DNA from: Eledone cirrhosa
Lineage: Eukaryota
Direction of reading: 5' to 3'
Assembly: GCA_964016885.1 (NCBI GenBank)
Contig: OZ024741.1
Location: 240,808,001 to 240,872,000 of the forward strand
Length of the DNA: 64,000 nucleotides
Shown here: positions 11,539-25,267 of the stretch, one piece after another
How positions within the stretch are numbered: position 1 is the first letter of the stretch
How the letters are laid out: each line of letters starts with the position of its first letter
Notes under the pieces: generated by a model
Told to the model about the DNA's origin: nothing
The model's database searches: none
The model's input: the letters and a program-made list of their open reading frames with translations, nothing else
Made by a program: the position numbers and the translations under genes

Positions 11539-13552
11539 TTTTAATGTTTGTACATATAATTGACCTCCTACTCAACCGAAGAAACATACAGATACATATA
11601 TATATATTGATGTTGTGTACAACAGTTTCATGTTTACAGTGTAGAATTGATGCAACATATATTATATTATACTATATTTGTACAATAATTCAAATTAAGA
11701 TTAAAATCAAAATTAAATTTAAAAACAAGATTAAAACCATAGGTTGGTATACATGCGACAGATAATACAGATAATACAAGAGAATAGTCTAATAATTAAA
11801 TTAAATTAAAGAGATAGTATATGCGTTAGTCATATATAAAGGGATGGAACAACCAAATGTATCATGTATATATGAGTACTGTATGGCAAGGTATTACATG
11901 AGATACAAGCACTGTAAGTGAATATGTTAGTGCATTATGGTGGTTGCAATGCGTGGATATTTTCTGTATAGTTCAAATTTGTATGTGTGCAGAAAAAGAA
12001 AGTTAGTTTTCACATCCATCACATAAGTTACGATATATTTGTATTGAATGTTTGTTATAGTAATGGATTGTAATGTATTGTAACTTAGTGTTATTTAATC
12101 CATATTTGTAGATTAGGGTCTTTCAGCTGCGAGAATTTACAGGGTTTAATATCCGGAAGTGGGTATGTAATTAACGGGAGCTAATGCGTAAGGGGAGGTA
12201 ACTAGCTCATTATAATAATTAAATTCATTGTTCAAATAGACATTATATGGTGCCTCAATTGAGTCCCTCATATAAAAAGTGATATATTTATATTTAATTT
12301 CAAATACAGTCTACTCTCTCATAATATATTAATAGAAAGTTGTCTACCCAATATTATATAGTGCCATAATTGAATTTCTCATACAAAGTGCTATATATTT
12401 ATATCAAATTAACCTTGACATCTTAAAGGTCCAATTAGACTTTTGTCTACCCAACATTTGGTAAGCTATGGAATAACGTACAGCTGTTTGCATGATAAAT
12501 TAGATACACCTCTTGAGTGAATAAATTCATCCTCTATATACAATGCTATTAATCTAAGGGTCGATAAAATAAAGTACCAGTAATGTACTGGGTAATTGCT
12601 GGCCTTGTGCCAAAAGTAGAAACAGTTATTAATCTATACATTTAATTATAAATGTATATATAATTCATTGTTCCATATTACATATAATTTAGACAAATCC
12701 CTTATGTTAATAAATTAATCCTATACATACATACATAAATTAATCCTATACATACATACATAAATTATTCCTATACATACATACAATTAATCCTATACAT
12801 ACATACAATTAATCCTATACATACAATGTTATTATTCTATATATTTAATTATAAATGTATATATTGTTGCATTTAATATTTAAAGTTTATATAAACTGTA
12901 TTATATTACAATCACTATATAATTATAAGTGATCTAAAGTAATTATATTAAAAGGTGGTGATTATAAGGATATTTCTAGAGTATAAAGTTATAGATAAAA
13001 TAATTTGTGTAGAGGAAAGGGTGGATCAGAGAATGTGATGTGGTGGTGGAAGGCCAGACCTAGAGGTGAAGTGCTAGTGGTGGTGATGAGTTCAAATCTG
13101 ACATTGTTATATACTAGGTTTAACATTTTGGAAATAGTGTTGGAAACAGTGTTGGCACGATGCAAACACTTCTGAATTTTTATTAAGGAGGTTAAGATTC
13201 GAAAAGATTATAGTATGGGTCTCTAGTAGACAGAGGTTACAAAATTTATTAGGTGGTTTATACGATGCAGCCCTACCTACCACTTCCCATTGAAGCTACT
13301 CTTTACCTAGACTCTAAAATATATACACCCTTTTCATAAACCTAACGAAAAACTAATTTATGCAGTTACCAAGTCTAACCACCCTAGATCCATATTAAAC
13401 TCAATCACTAAAGAAATATCTAATAGAATCTCTAATCTATCTTATAACGAAACCATATTTAGCAATAATTCACAATACTATAATCAGGCCACAATAATGG
13501 GATTGAGTTCCTACCTATAAAATCACATAGTTATAACATTATTTCTCACAAT

Positions 13553-14413
13553 ATGGCTATGAGGAAAAATAGTAATAAGACTAATAACCACACTTACACT
13601 AATACGAAGGGTAGCATCAAACTTAACTCGCACCAGAGTAGACACCAAAATACTATAAACAGAAATACCTCAATAGATATAAAAAACAAAAATAGAAGAA
13701 CTAATACATTTTTCAATCCCCCTTTCAATCTAAACGTCTCTACCAACTTACCTAAGGTTTTCTTCTCAATCCTGGATAATAACTTCCCGTCTGGCCACAA
13801 GTACCATAGTCTTATAAATAAAAACACCATTAAAATCTCCTACTCTACCACACCTAACATAGCATACCATATAGCTAGTAGTAATAAAAGAACGATTAAT
13901 ACTTATTTTCAACAAACTAAAACACAGCAGGGGATAAACTTTCAAAACAACATAATAACTACAAACCCTAATAACAATAGTAATAATAGTAATAACACTA
14001 ATGAAATCAATAACATTAGGAACGACAACCATCATAGCCCTAATGCAATACCTAGCAACCAGACTTCTACACAACATAATAACCGACAAGATAACATCCA
14101 AAATAAATCTAACTGTAGATCAAATAGAACCTTCCCTTTAGGTAACAACTGCTTAATCAAGGACATCATTTACTCGTGCACGGTCAATACCAACAACTCT
14201 TCTGAAACCTATATAGGCACTACTTCGAACTGCTTCAAGACGAGATACAACTCACACCTCCATTCTTTCAAAATACACAATCTAGCCAACTCCACTTCAC
14301 TATCTAGCTACATACACTATCTGAAAACTAGGAATAGATCATATACACTTCAATGGGAAGTGGTAGGTAGGGCTGCATCGTATAAACCACCTAATAAATT
14401 TTGTAACCTTTGA
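13553..14413 (+). pseudogene. Penelope-like linker and GIY-YIG endonuclease ORF remnant (Asn-rich stretch)
   Basis: FFNPPFNLNVSTN, LINKNTIKISYSTTPN, CLIKDIIYSCTV...TYIGTTSNCFKTRYNSH, WEVVGRAASY..FCNL; the missing CLLE...LLNKNSEVFASC end is present on the minus strand at ~13150-13235. Confidence 0.88.
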
Positions 14414-15167
14414 TATTATGAGAGAGTAGACTGTATTTGAAATTAAATATAAATATATAACTTTTTATATGAGGGACTCAATTGAGGCACCATATAATGT
14501 CTATTAGAACAATGAATTTAATTATTATAATGAGCTAGTTACCTCCCCTTACGCATTAGCTCCCCTTAATTACATACCCACTTCCGGATATTAAACCGCT
14601 GTAAATTCTCGGACCCTAATCTATAAATATGGATTAAATAACACTAAGTTACTATAACAAACATTCAATGCAAATATATCGTAACTTATGTGATGGATGT
14701 GAAAACCGTAACTTTATTTTTCTGCACACATACAAATTTGAACTATACAGAAAATATCCTCGCACTGCAACCACCATAATACACTAACATATTCGTTTAA
14801 AGTGCTGTATCTCATGTAATACCTTGCCATACAGTACTCATATATACATGATACATTTGGTTGTTCCATCCCTTTATATATGACTAACGCATATACTATC
14901 TTTTTAATTTAATTATTAGACTATTCTCTTGAATATCTGTATTATCTGTCGCATGTATTCCAACCTATGCTTTTAATCTTGTTTTAAATTTAATTTTGAT
15001 TTTAATCTTAATTTGAATTATTGTACAAATATAGTATAATATAATATATGTTGCATCAATTCTACACTGTAAACATGAAACTGTTGTACACAACATCAAT
15101 ATATATATATGTATCTGTATGTTTCTTCGGTTGAGTAGGAGGTCAATTATATGTACAAACATTAAAA

Positions 15168-15215
15168 ATGGTCCGAAGATTCCAAGCCTAGGTTTGGAAG
15201 AAACAATTGTCAGCA
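15168..15215 (+). ncRNA. Hammerhead motif in the Penelope terminal repeat (core variant CCGAAGA)
   Basis: tggt-CCGAAGA-ttccaag/tttggaa-GAAA(15200)-caattg-TC-agca. Confidence 0.6.
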
Positions 15216-15938
15216 AATAAATGTTTTAAACATAACTTTGATTCTTGTGAATTCAATATTACTGCTCTGTAAAACAACTGTTGTTCTTACATTGAGCTAT
15301 TTATCTTACTGGTAATAAGGTAAATTACTGACCTTCCCTGTTTATAGTTGTTTATAGTATAATATATACATAACTATAAATAGTATCTTTAATATTATAT
15401 ATATATATATTTACATATATGTATATATGTATGTATATATATATATACATGTATGTATAGATAGATATATATATATATGTATGTATATATATAAGTATGT
15501 GAGAAAAACCACAGATCCTCCATCTCAACTCTACTTTTGAAAAGCAGAAGAACTGCGAAACCGGTAAAGGAACCAAATAAATATATATATTTAAAAAAAA
15601 AATAAGACTCCAGTTGCATTTTCGATTTCATCTTTTTTTCTTTATAAGTATGTATATATATATATATATATGTGTGTGTGTATATATATATGTATGTGTA
15701 TATATATATATGTATGTATATATATATATGTGTATATATATATATATATGTGTATGTGTATATATATATATGTATATATATATATGTATGTGTATATATG
15801 TATATATATATAATGTAGGAGGTGAGTTTTATTGTAGCACAATAAAGCAATGCAAATATCAGATAAGTAGCACTCAACAGTTTATAGGACTGGAGTATAA
15901 ATAATATAAGAACAAAAGATAGTTAAAAGAGTTCCATG

Positions 15939-16009
15939 TATTTTATTATGCGCATTTCAAAAACAAATATCATCATGGGATGATCTTTGCGTTCTCATCA
16001 GATAAAATA
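15939..16009 (-). ncRNA. Type-I hammerhead ribozyme motif
   Basis: Reverse complement of 16088-16158 with one stem II substitution. Confidence 0.85.
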
Positions 16010-16087
16010 GGGAGACATGATATGAAGCTTAAAAAACACTTTGTTGATTTGACACTTCACTGCTCGCAAGTGGTTTTTAAGCTTCCC

Positions 16088-16158
16088 TATTTTATCTGAT
16101 GAGAACGCAAATATCATCCCATGATGATATTTGTTTTTGAAATGCGCATAATAAAATA
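16088..16158 (+). ncRNA. Type-I hammerhead ribozyme motif (best preserved)
   Basis: tattttat-CTGATGA-gaac.gcaaatatcatc[ccat]gatgatatttgt.tttt-GAAA-tgcgca-TA-ataaaata. Confidence 0.9.
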
Positions 16159-16393
16159 CATGGAACTCTTTTAACCATCTTTTGATTTTGATTTTATATT
16201 ATGTATATATATATATATGTATGTGTATATATATATATGTATGTGTATATATATATATGTATGTATATTATATATATATACACGTTATATATATATATAT
16301 GTATATAAATATATATATGTATATATATATATGAATATATATATATATATATATATGTGTATATATATATACACACATATATATATGTATATA

Positions 16394-16447
<54 letters not shown>

Positions 16448-16984
16448 GGTCCTTTTATTTCTAAACTCTCTAAGTATTTGACGCTTACCATAATTTTCAG
16501 TATTATCACCCCACATAAATTCCTCAATTTGTATGTGTGGATGTGTGTGGATCTGTCGGGGTGGGTGTCAGTGTATGTGCAAGTCAACCAACATAAGTCT
16601 TTTTATATGTAAATTTTCTCGTATTCTATTCTAACCATAATTTTCAGTAGTACCACTCCACATAAATTCCTCAATTTAAGAATGACCTGTAGTATCGAAT
16701 TTCATACTATAAACCTTAATTGAATATATATCTGACCAGGAATGCTTTTTGTGAAAATCAGTCATATGGAACAATTGTCATCTTCCCTGACAGTTTGAAC
16801 TTTACAACACCACCTGCTTCTTTGAGGTCAAATACCAACCCTACTAGCATCTACAAACTGACCAATGAGAATTAAGATTATTCCTGCTGACAACATTAAA
16901 TTATTCCTAACAAGCTCATATGTCCCAAGGCTCTGATACCATCAACACTATAAACACAGAGCTGGCATATCTAAGAACTGACTA

Positions 16985-17040
16985 ACTGCCTGATGAGGTC
17001 ATAGCCACTCAATGGCCATCATTGAAATATATATAGCAGT
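16985..17040 (+). ncRNA. Type-I hammerhead ribozyme motif, solitary
   Basis: actgc-CTGATGA(16990)-stem II-GAAA(17024)-tatata-TA-gcagt; (TA)n begins ~45 nt downstream. Confidence 0.8.
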
Positions 17041-17112
17041 AAATAAAGGATTATGAGTTCATGCAATTGACTTATGTTTCGTCACTATATATATATATAT
17101 ATATATGTATAT

Positions 17113-18020
17113 ATCATCATCATCTTCATCATTTTACGTCCTCTTTTCCCTGCTTGCAAGGTGGGATGGGTCCTATTCAGCACAGTATCTCTCCACTTGT
17201 CACAGTCCTTCGTCATCTCCTCCGAGAGTTTCAGCGACTTGAGGTCTGTTCTCACCACCTCCGCCCGTTGTTTTTCGTGGTCTTCCTCTAGTATGTCTTC
17301 CTTCAACTGGCATTTCCTGGCACTTCTTCACTCATCGGTCATCCTCCATGTGCATCACATGTCCATACCATCGCAGTCTCCTCTCCCACACACTACAATT
17401 TATCCCTCTCAGACACAGTTTCTCTCTCAACTCATCCATGCCCTGTCATTCAGGCATATTGACATTGCACATCCAATAGAGCATGCTTGCCTCATTTCTC
17501 TCCAGCTGTCGCATATACTCTGCAGTTGCTGCCCATGTCTCACTACCATGCAGCATCGCGCACCTCATACAGGCATCATATAACCGTCGTTTCGTGCGCA
17601 GTGAGAAACCCTTTTTCATCAGCAGAGGAAAAGCAGCTGACTAAACTTCTTCCAATAGGTCCTTATTCTAGATACTATGGCCTTGGACCCCCCCCCCCCC
17701 TCCCCCCCATTCTAATCTGATCACCTAGGTACCGGAAGCTATAAACCACTTCTATAACACCCACATGCATTTGAAAAATGTGTCTATCAGTGCGTCTTCT
17801 ACTGTCAAATTTCCCTGTACATCTACTGCATACATATTTCTCCCTACCTGTTAGTTTGCCTGCTATCCAACTACATCTATTGTGTACCCAAGATCTGCAT
17901 TGTGTACATTTTATAGAATTTATGCCAGTTCCTTTTCTGCATATCGAACATGGATGAAATCAGAGTATTGTCCTCTCTTCTACTCATGAACACTTTTGTC
18001 TTAGCTAGGTTCACTCTCAG
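17113..18020 (-). mobile_element. RTE LINE 3' fragment, same family as 2437-3266
   Basis: Reverse complement similar to 2437-3266; frameshifted. Confidence 0.88.
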
Positions 18021-18452
18021 TGTGTGTATATATATATAGTTCAAGAACACAACAAAATAGAGATACAAAAAGTATTATTAGTTTCACAGTTTATATAGAA
18101 AAGGGAAAGAAAGTTCAATGTGTCAGGCTTTAGCCCTTCTTCAGGAGTTTAAAAAAAAATATTATATATATATGCACAGTCATACATAAACACAGAAACA
18201 CACATATATATATGTTATGAGGTATGCCTAATCAAATGGTTAATTTATCCGCACGTCATAATAGTAGTTATTACATTTAGCATGTAAATAATAAATAAGT
18301 TTTTAATGTAATACTACCATGTTATAACATCTTTTACCTTTGAGAGGCATTTCAAGATAATGTACATAAAGGTTTTAACTTCCATCCCAATACAATAAAA
18401 ATATGTTTGTTAGTGACAAGTAAGTTTGTTTTTGAAACAGTGAGCGAGTTTG

Positions 18453-18590
18453 AAATTAGAAATAGAAGCATTTGCTGTATTTTTGACTAAAGAAATTTTA
18501 GCCTGATAGTGGGGTTTAGAACCCTCTACCCCACTATCAGGCTAAAAATTCTTTAGTCAAAAATACAGCAAAAGCTTCTATTTCTAATTT
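18453..18590. repeat. Inverted repeat, ~62-bp arms, ~12-nt spacer
   Basis: AAATTAGAAATAGAAGC...GCCTGATAGTGGGGT / ACCCCACTATCAGGC...GCTTCTATTTCTAATTT. Confidence 0.85.
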
Positions 18591-19169
18591 TTGTTAGTAT
18601 TATAACCAGATGTATATCTAGTATATCTGCATAGAGGGCAATCATAAAAAATCCCCCAGCTATTAAAATCATGTACTAAACATAAATAGGTTTGAAACAA
18701 GTATAGAAACATCCCAAAACAAAGAACTGAATGTAGTTAGACATTTGTTATTCCTTATCTAAAAAAAGTCTAGTTCTTAAATACCACAAATTGTTTAACA
18801 AACAATTTCAAAGTAAGTTGCAGCTGCACAAACATAATAATGATAATAATGAATAAATACTAAAAGGCCAGCATTGATGTAGATAAATGTAATTCCCAGA
18901 CTAATTTGACATCCCTAATCAACAAAAAGGCTTAAATAAAGTATTTACCAGCAAAGTTAAGTTAACATCTCAAGCAGGGAGCATGGATATAAAAAATGTT
19001 ATATTGGTATGAGTGAAAGCAGCTTTATAAGCAATTTCTTTAACCCTTTATGAATGAATTCTCTATTTGCTAAATAATTCTATATTTCTATATTAACCCA
19101 TACACAGTCTTAAACATTTACTTAGTGAGTCTCTTAGCACTATTTCACCAAGTGTAGTGAAGTTTGTGA

Positions 19170-19210
19170 TTCACTGATGAGGGCCATATTAAGACTGAAA
19201 CATGTCCGAT
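19170..19210 (+). ncRNA. Partly decayed minimal hammerhead motif
   Basis: CTGATGA(19174)-gggccatattaagact-GAAA-catg-TC; palindromic loop III, weak stems I and II. Confidence 0.5.
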
Positions 19211-20189
19211 GTGGCTTCTTGTACTAGCCAAAATAATTAGAATAACATTATTTATTGATTAAATACTGATCTTTTAATCACCACTTAGTGGTTTCTGGTT
19301 GGCTTTTTAATGTTTCCTGCTTTAAATATATTAACTGCAATGTGTAGTCATGTCTTGAGAGGAACTAAAGGAAAGAGATCTGTATGCTCTGTTGGTTGTG
19401 TAAACTTTAACTTACATGAAAGGTAAAGCATCATTGAACTGTATAGAATCATTGATCTATGCCTCATCACTAGCCCTACCACCACCACCACCACCACTAC
19501 TGCTACTATGTGTGCTTATGTGTTTCTGTTTGTATGTTTATATATATATATATATATATGCCTGTGTGTGTCTGTGTGTGTTGGTGTTCTTGTTTATATA
19601 ATGCATGCGTGTCTATGTCTGAGAATGTGTAAAAAATATCTGTGTTAGTGCACATATGTGCATGTGTGTATGCGTCTATATTGTATTTGTACATATATCT
19701 GTGCATTTATCTCTCTGTCTGTATCTGTGTGTGTGTCTCTATCTGTGTGTATATAATAAAATGTAAAAGACACTTGTCTAAGATACCACACAGTAGAGCC
19801 AAACACAACACCCAATGATTACAAAATAACCTTGTTAACCACATGGCTATGCCTGTAGGTTAACCTTATGACTGAAATTTTCTAGATGGAAACTGTGAGG
19901 AAGCCTCTCTGATGGATTACACCAATAATTCAATAAGCTTGCCTTGTCATGCACTGTGTCACAGTGAGTTTATTTGAGAATTACATTCAAGGTACCTGTG
20001 GAATACTCAACCACTTACATTATAATTCAATCAATAAGTAATTTCGTCTATATGTATATATTGTCTGATAACCTTGTAAACACACAGCAGAAACTGCAAA
20101 GTAACAGGCCACTGACTCTGCCTTAATAAAGTATATAGCGATAGTCAATCGACAAGATCCCAGACCTTATTCACTGAAGCAATCGGGTG

Positions 20190-20373
20190 GAGCTCATCAA
20201 ATGTTTACATTGGTGTTTCCAATTGATAATACTACCTGTTGGTCACAACTCCAGGTAGAAGGAGCAATAAAGTATCTTGCTCAAGGACATAAATCATCAC
20301 CCCGTCTGAGAATTGAAGTCACAACCTTGCAATTGCAAATCGAATTCTCTAATAACTCAGCCACGTGTCTTCA
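20190..20373 (-). mobile_element. tRNA-headed SINE family C (diverged)
   Basis: Similar to 23749-23945. Confidence 0.65.
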
Positions 20374-20674
20374 CAAAGTATATCTAAATATAAAAAAAAA
20401 AAGTATATATATATATATTTAAAAAAACGTCTGTCCACAAGCAGAGGGGTTCATCAGGCCTGTGCATATTCCAGTTTCATCAGCATAAATCAACAAATAC
20501 AAGATACCAGTTCATTGCAGGGTTAACTGCCAGCTAAGTGTGTTGGAGCAACATGAAATGTAGTATTTTGTTCAAGAATACAACACACAACCTAGTTGAG
20601 GAATTTAACTCATGACTTTATGATCATAAGGCCATGCACTTAATATATATATATATTCATCATCATTATTGTTT

Positions 20675-20860
20675 GTGAATTGGCAGTATTGGTGGAGAGT
20701 CGGACGCCATGCTTTCCAGCATAGTTACGTCCCTTTACGATCTGAGTTCAAATCCCGCCGAGTTTGACTTTGCCTTTCATCCTTACGGGGTCGATAAAAT
20801 AAAGTACCAGTAATGTACTGGGTAATTGCTGGCCTTGTGCCAAAAGTAGAAACAATTATT
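20675..20860 (+). mobile_element. SINE family B
   Basis: Family consensus match. Confidence 0.82.
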
Positions 20861-21539
20861 GTTTAACCTTTTCCCTACTTGCATATATATGTGCAGACAG
20901 TGGCATGTAAAGGTTTGGTACTGCTTGTGACCAGCTCCTTGATTGTATGTTCCTAAAACTCATGTACAGGGCCTAGTACTGAGAAATGTGAGCAAGGCAC
21001 AACATGTGGACAGCATGAATGTACAGATAAAAAACCAAACAAAACAACAACCAAACAAACAACAAATGATATTTCATGCGATGTATACATGTCATTACTA
21101 GGTTTATCCAAGCATATCAAATTTCAAGTAAATTAATTTTTCAGCTTTTTGATCTGGGTAGGAAATTGGGCACAGATTTTGGATGGACACTTGGGTGTTG
21201 TACTGAGTAGATGTATTGAATGAAAAACCCTGCATGACTCTTTGGCTGGATGTTCCCACCACATGCCCCTTTATGGATGTCAAAGGTCATCGCCACCTAT
21301 TCCCCACTTTCAGCATGCTATTGTGTATGTGTTAAGGATCCTAGTGCCTGTGGAATACTCAGCCACTTTCACAATCATTAAATGAGTATTTCAGTTGATT
21401 TAAAAAATGGAATACTCATCCTGGAAACTGATGGAGATCCATTCACTTTTTAATGCATGTGTGTATGTGTATATATATGTGCATGAGTATTTACATGTAT
21501 GAGTATGTGTGTATGTGTGATTGGAACTCAGTGTGTGTG

Positions 21540-22548
21540 TATGTGATTGTCCATGCATAACTATATGTGTGTGTATGTGACTGTCCAAGCATAAGTATAT
21601 GTGTGTGTATATGTGACAGTCCATGCATAAGATTATGTGTGTGTGTATGACTGTCCAGGCATAAGTATATGTGTGTGTATGTGACTGTCCATGCATAAGT
21701 ATGTGTGTGTATGTGACTGTCCATGCATAAGTATATGTGTGTGTGTATGACTGTCCAAGCATAAGTATATGTGTGTGTGTATGTGACTGTCCAGGCATAA
21801 GTATATGTGTGTGTATATGACTGTCCAGGCATAAGTATATGTGTGTATGACTGTCCATGCATAAGTATATGTGTGTGTATGTGACTGTCCATGCATAAGT
21901 ATATGTGTGTGTGTATGACTGTCCAGGCATAAGTATATGTGTGTGTGTATGTGACTGTCCATGCATAAGTATATGTGTGTGTATGTGACTGTCCATGCAT
22001 AAGTATATGTGTGTGTGTATGACTGTCCAAGCATAAGTATATGTGTGTGTGTATGTGACTGTCCAGGCATAAGTATATGTGTGTGTATATGACTGTCCAG
22101 GCATAAGTATATGTGTGTATGACTGTCCATGCATAAGTATATGTGTGTGTATGTGACTGTCCATGCATAAGTATATGTGTGTGTGTATGACTGTCCAGGC
22201 ATAAGTATATGTGTGTGTGTATGTGACTGTCCATGCATAAGTATATGTGTGTGTGTATGACTGTCTAGGCATAAGTATATGTGTGTGTGTATGTGACTGT
22301 CCATGCATAAGTATATATGTGTGTGTGTGACTGTCCAGGCATAAGTATATGTGTATGTATGTGTGACTGTCCAGGCATAAGTATATGTGTATGTATGTGT
22401 GACTGTCCAGGCATAAGTATATGTGTATGTATGTGACTGTCCAGGCATAAGTATATATGTGTGTGTGCGTGTGTGTGTGTGTGTGTGTGACTGTCCAGGC
22501 ATAAGTATGCATGTGTGTGTATGTGATTGCCCATGCATAAGTATGCAT
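21540..22548. repeat. Minisatellite, ~32-38-bp unit GACTGTCCA(G/T/A)GCATAAGTATAT(GT)nAT, ~28 copies
   Basis: Direct inspection; explains the long spurious HTHILM/YAWTV ORFs. Confidence 0.95.
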
Positions 22549-23337
22549 GTGTATGTGTGTTTACGTATATGTATTTTGTGTGTACATCTGTATGCTTGTA
22601 TATGTGCATTCATATGTATTTATGTATGCCTCTTTCTGCGTGTGTGTGTGTGTTCCTTTGTGTGTGTAGGACACTGTTTGTATATGTGTGTGTTAGTTTA
22701 TGTCAAAATATGATACAAAGTCTTTCTATAGGTGACTGTATAATTGCCAAGAATCTGTTGTAGTAGTAGTATGAGCAGTTGTTGTAATTGGTGTTGTTGT
22801 TGCTGTTGTTGTCACTGTTGCTTCTGCAGTAGTAATAGCAGTAGTAGTTGTTGTTGTCTATTGACCAGAGTCCAAAACACAACAGAACTCACTATATAAT
22901 ATTATATTTCTTCTTATTATTGTTGTTGTTGTTGTGGTAGTAGTGGTGTTGATTGTGATGATAGTGATGTTTGTAGTGGGTTGGGGGTTGGTGTTGAATG
23001 TGGCAGTGATGTAGGTAATGATGATGATAGTGGTGTGGGAGGGGGTGCTGTACAGTTTCTTAATCAGTGCCAACTGCCAGTGCATTGCATTCACAGCTTT
23101 CAGTAACATGGAATTACTGAATTTTGTGAATGGATCGAATACGGATGTGTGTGTGTAAGTGTATGTGTGTGTGTAAGTGTATGTGTGGTTATACATTTGC
23201 ACTTACATATACTTACAGCCATTCAAAGCCAGACGTATATATGTATCTCTATCTATGTGTACATATACACATGCAAATATATATATATATATGTGTGGAT
23301 GTGAATGTAAATATATGTGTGTGTGCGTGTGTGTGTG

Positions 23338-23370
<33 letters not shown>

Positions 23371-23382
23371 GTATATATATAT

Positions 23383-23452
<70 letters not shown>

Positions 23453-23477
23453 TATATGTATGTATATTCCTCTCCCT

Positions 23478-23517
<40 letters not shown>

Positions 23518-23574
23518 AAATATATAGTATAATTATATATATATGTGCGTGCGTGTATGTTTATTCCTCACCCT

Positions 23575-23623
<49 letters not shown>

Positions 23624-23673
23624 TAGTATAATTATATATATATGTGCGCGTGTGTATATATATTCCTCTCCCT

Positions 23674-23748
<75 letters not shown>

Positions 23749-23750
<2 letters not shown>

Positions 23751-23967
23751 TGAAGGCGTGCGGCTGAGTGGTTAGAGAATTGGATTCGCAATCGTAAGGT
23801 TGTGAGTTCGATTCCTGGACCAGGTGATGCGTTATGTCCTTGAGCAAGACACTTTATTTCACGTTGCTCCTTCTACCTGGAGTTGCGACCGATAGATAGT
23901 ACTAGCAATTGGAAAGACCAACAGAAACATTGTTCCCTCAGTCCGATTTGACGAAAGTCGATCGTTC

Positions 23968-23968
<1 letters not shown>
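23749..23968 (+). mobile_element. tRNA-headed SINE family C
   Basis: GGCTGAGTGGTTAGAG...GAGTTCGATTCC A/B boxes; GTCCTTGAGCAAGACACTT body shared with family A; different tail. Confidence 0.78.
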
Positions 23969-24010
<42 letters not shown>

Positions 24011-24935
24011 ATACCTGTCCATTTCTAATAGTTAATATGTCTCAAGGGAATATATAATAATCTTCAGATGGCAAGAATGGAAAATATGTCCTTTGCACTT
24101 TTTGTACAGAAATAGAACTAAAACCTGTGGACTATGTAATGCTGAGAAAAACTTCAAACCATGAGCCTTAATAAGTCTGTTGACTATTCAAATACAAAAT
24201 GAAATATTTTTAATAATGTGCAAACACTTCAGGAAATTTTTGCTGAATAGTAGGAAAGTTATGCTGAATGGTTATGTTCCACAAAGACTTACAATTTGAA
24301 ATAATTCTTTTAGTTCTAATTTTGTTTTCTATTTCTAGTTGACCATAACCAAACATAAGATATCAGATTCAACAAACCAATATTCCTCAATATTATCTGA
24401 GTTTAATACATTGATTGTTTAATTTCTCTTTCCTAGTCTCATAAGGCTGTGCTTACAATACAAAAAGATACAGACATTAAAATATACAGTAAGCACTCGG
24501 GATAATGGGTTTTTGATTTAACAGACCAAATTATAATAATACAATATTGCACTACCACTATAGTCTCAGAAAAATGGAGTTTGACTGCATTGCTATGAGA
24601 GAAGTATATATATATATATATATTAGTAGTAGTAGTAGTAGTAGTATTATAGTTTTGGAGAGTCATGCTGCCAATAAAACACACACAGCTGTTGGTTTTC
24701 ACTTCAATTTATTACAAATTTCCAGTTGGTTGGTTTAATAACTGGATGGTTGTTTATTTATTGTCAAAGCTCTTTCGTCGCACATTCTGTAACCTCCTCA
24801 GTGACTTTGTTATTTTTTGTCTTTCCTTTCTTCTGTCCTACACCAAAACACGATGGTGTAGAACAGAACAAAGGAGAGACACAAAATAATAAATGTGTCT
24901 GTGTGTGTATACACACACACACACACACATACATA

Positions 24936-25240
24936 CAATTGAACCTCAGTTCATGAAAGCCTTTCATCATGAACAAATCGGTTCATGAACAATGTTTCTG
25001 AACATTGCAAGTGACAAACAGTATCTCCAGTAATGAACACACAAGCTGGCAACAACAGCTGGTGACAAGTTAGGAGTATCGGTGAGAAAGTGTCACTTAC
25101 TGTGTAGTTAGTTAGTATGGTGATATCTATCTGTCATTGACACACAGTCCCTCTCTCTCACTGTATTTCTCCCTCAACATTTCATCATATGTGAAAAGAC
25201 CTTCAGGAACGAATTAAATTTGTGAACCCAGGTTCCACTA
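24936..25240. mobile_element. Decayed pogo/Tigger-like MITE
   Basis: TA-CAATTGAACCTCAGTTCATGAA ... TTGTGAACCCAGGTTCCACTA-TA imperfect TIRs. Confidence 0.55.
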
Positions 25241-25267
25241 TATATATAATATATATATATATATATA

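Larger units (their letters stand above)
11447..15360 (+). mobile_element. Penelope-like retroelement, 5'-truncated, preceded by an inverted copy of its own 3' end
   Basis: 13296-13550 RT thumb (HKPNEKLIY..SNHP..I..RISNLS); ORF 13553-14413 GIY-YIG; 11447-12327 is the reverse complement of 14413-15259; 13230-13295 is the reverse complement of 14347-14410. Confidence 0.9.
15812..16190 (-). mobile_element. Fold-back hammerhead cassette with GAGTGCT tail in (TA)n
   Basis: 15914-16014 inverted versus 16084-16184; AGCACTC at 15869 and GGAG at 15892 give the tail on the minus strand. Confidence 0.82.

Noticed and set aside
18105-18150. Hammerhead-like CTGAAGAAGGGCTAAAGCCTGACA (minus); similar TATGATGGAGGGCTAGCTTCTGAAAC at ~5930
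   Set aside because: Core mutated and stem I absent; counted only as possible decayed relics
21400-22613. Repeat array with variable inter-repeat segments (CRISPR-like look) and 250-380-aa ORFs
   Set aside because: The spacers are only (GT)n length variants, there are no cas genes, and the context is eukaryotic; it is a minisatellite
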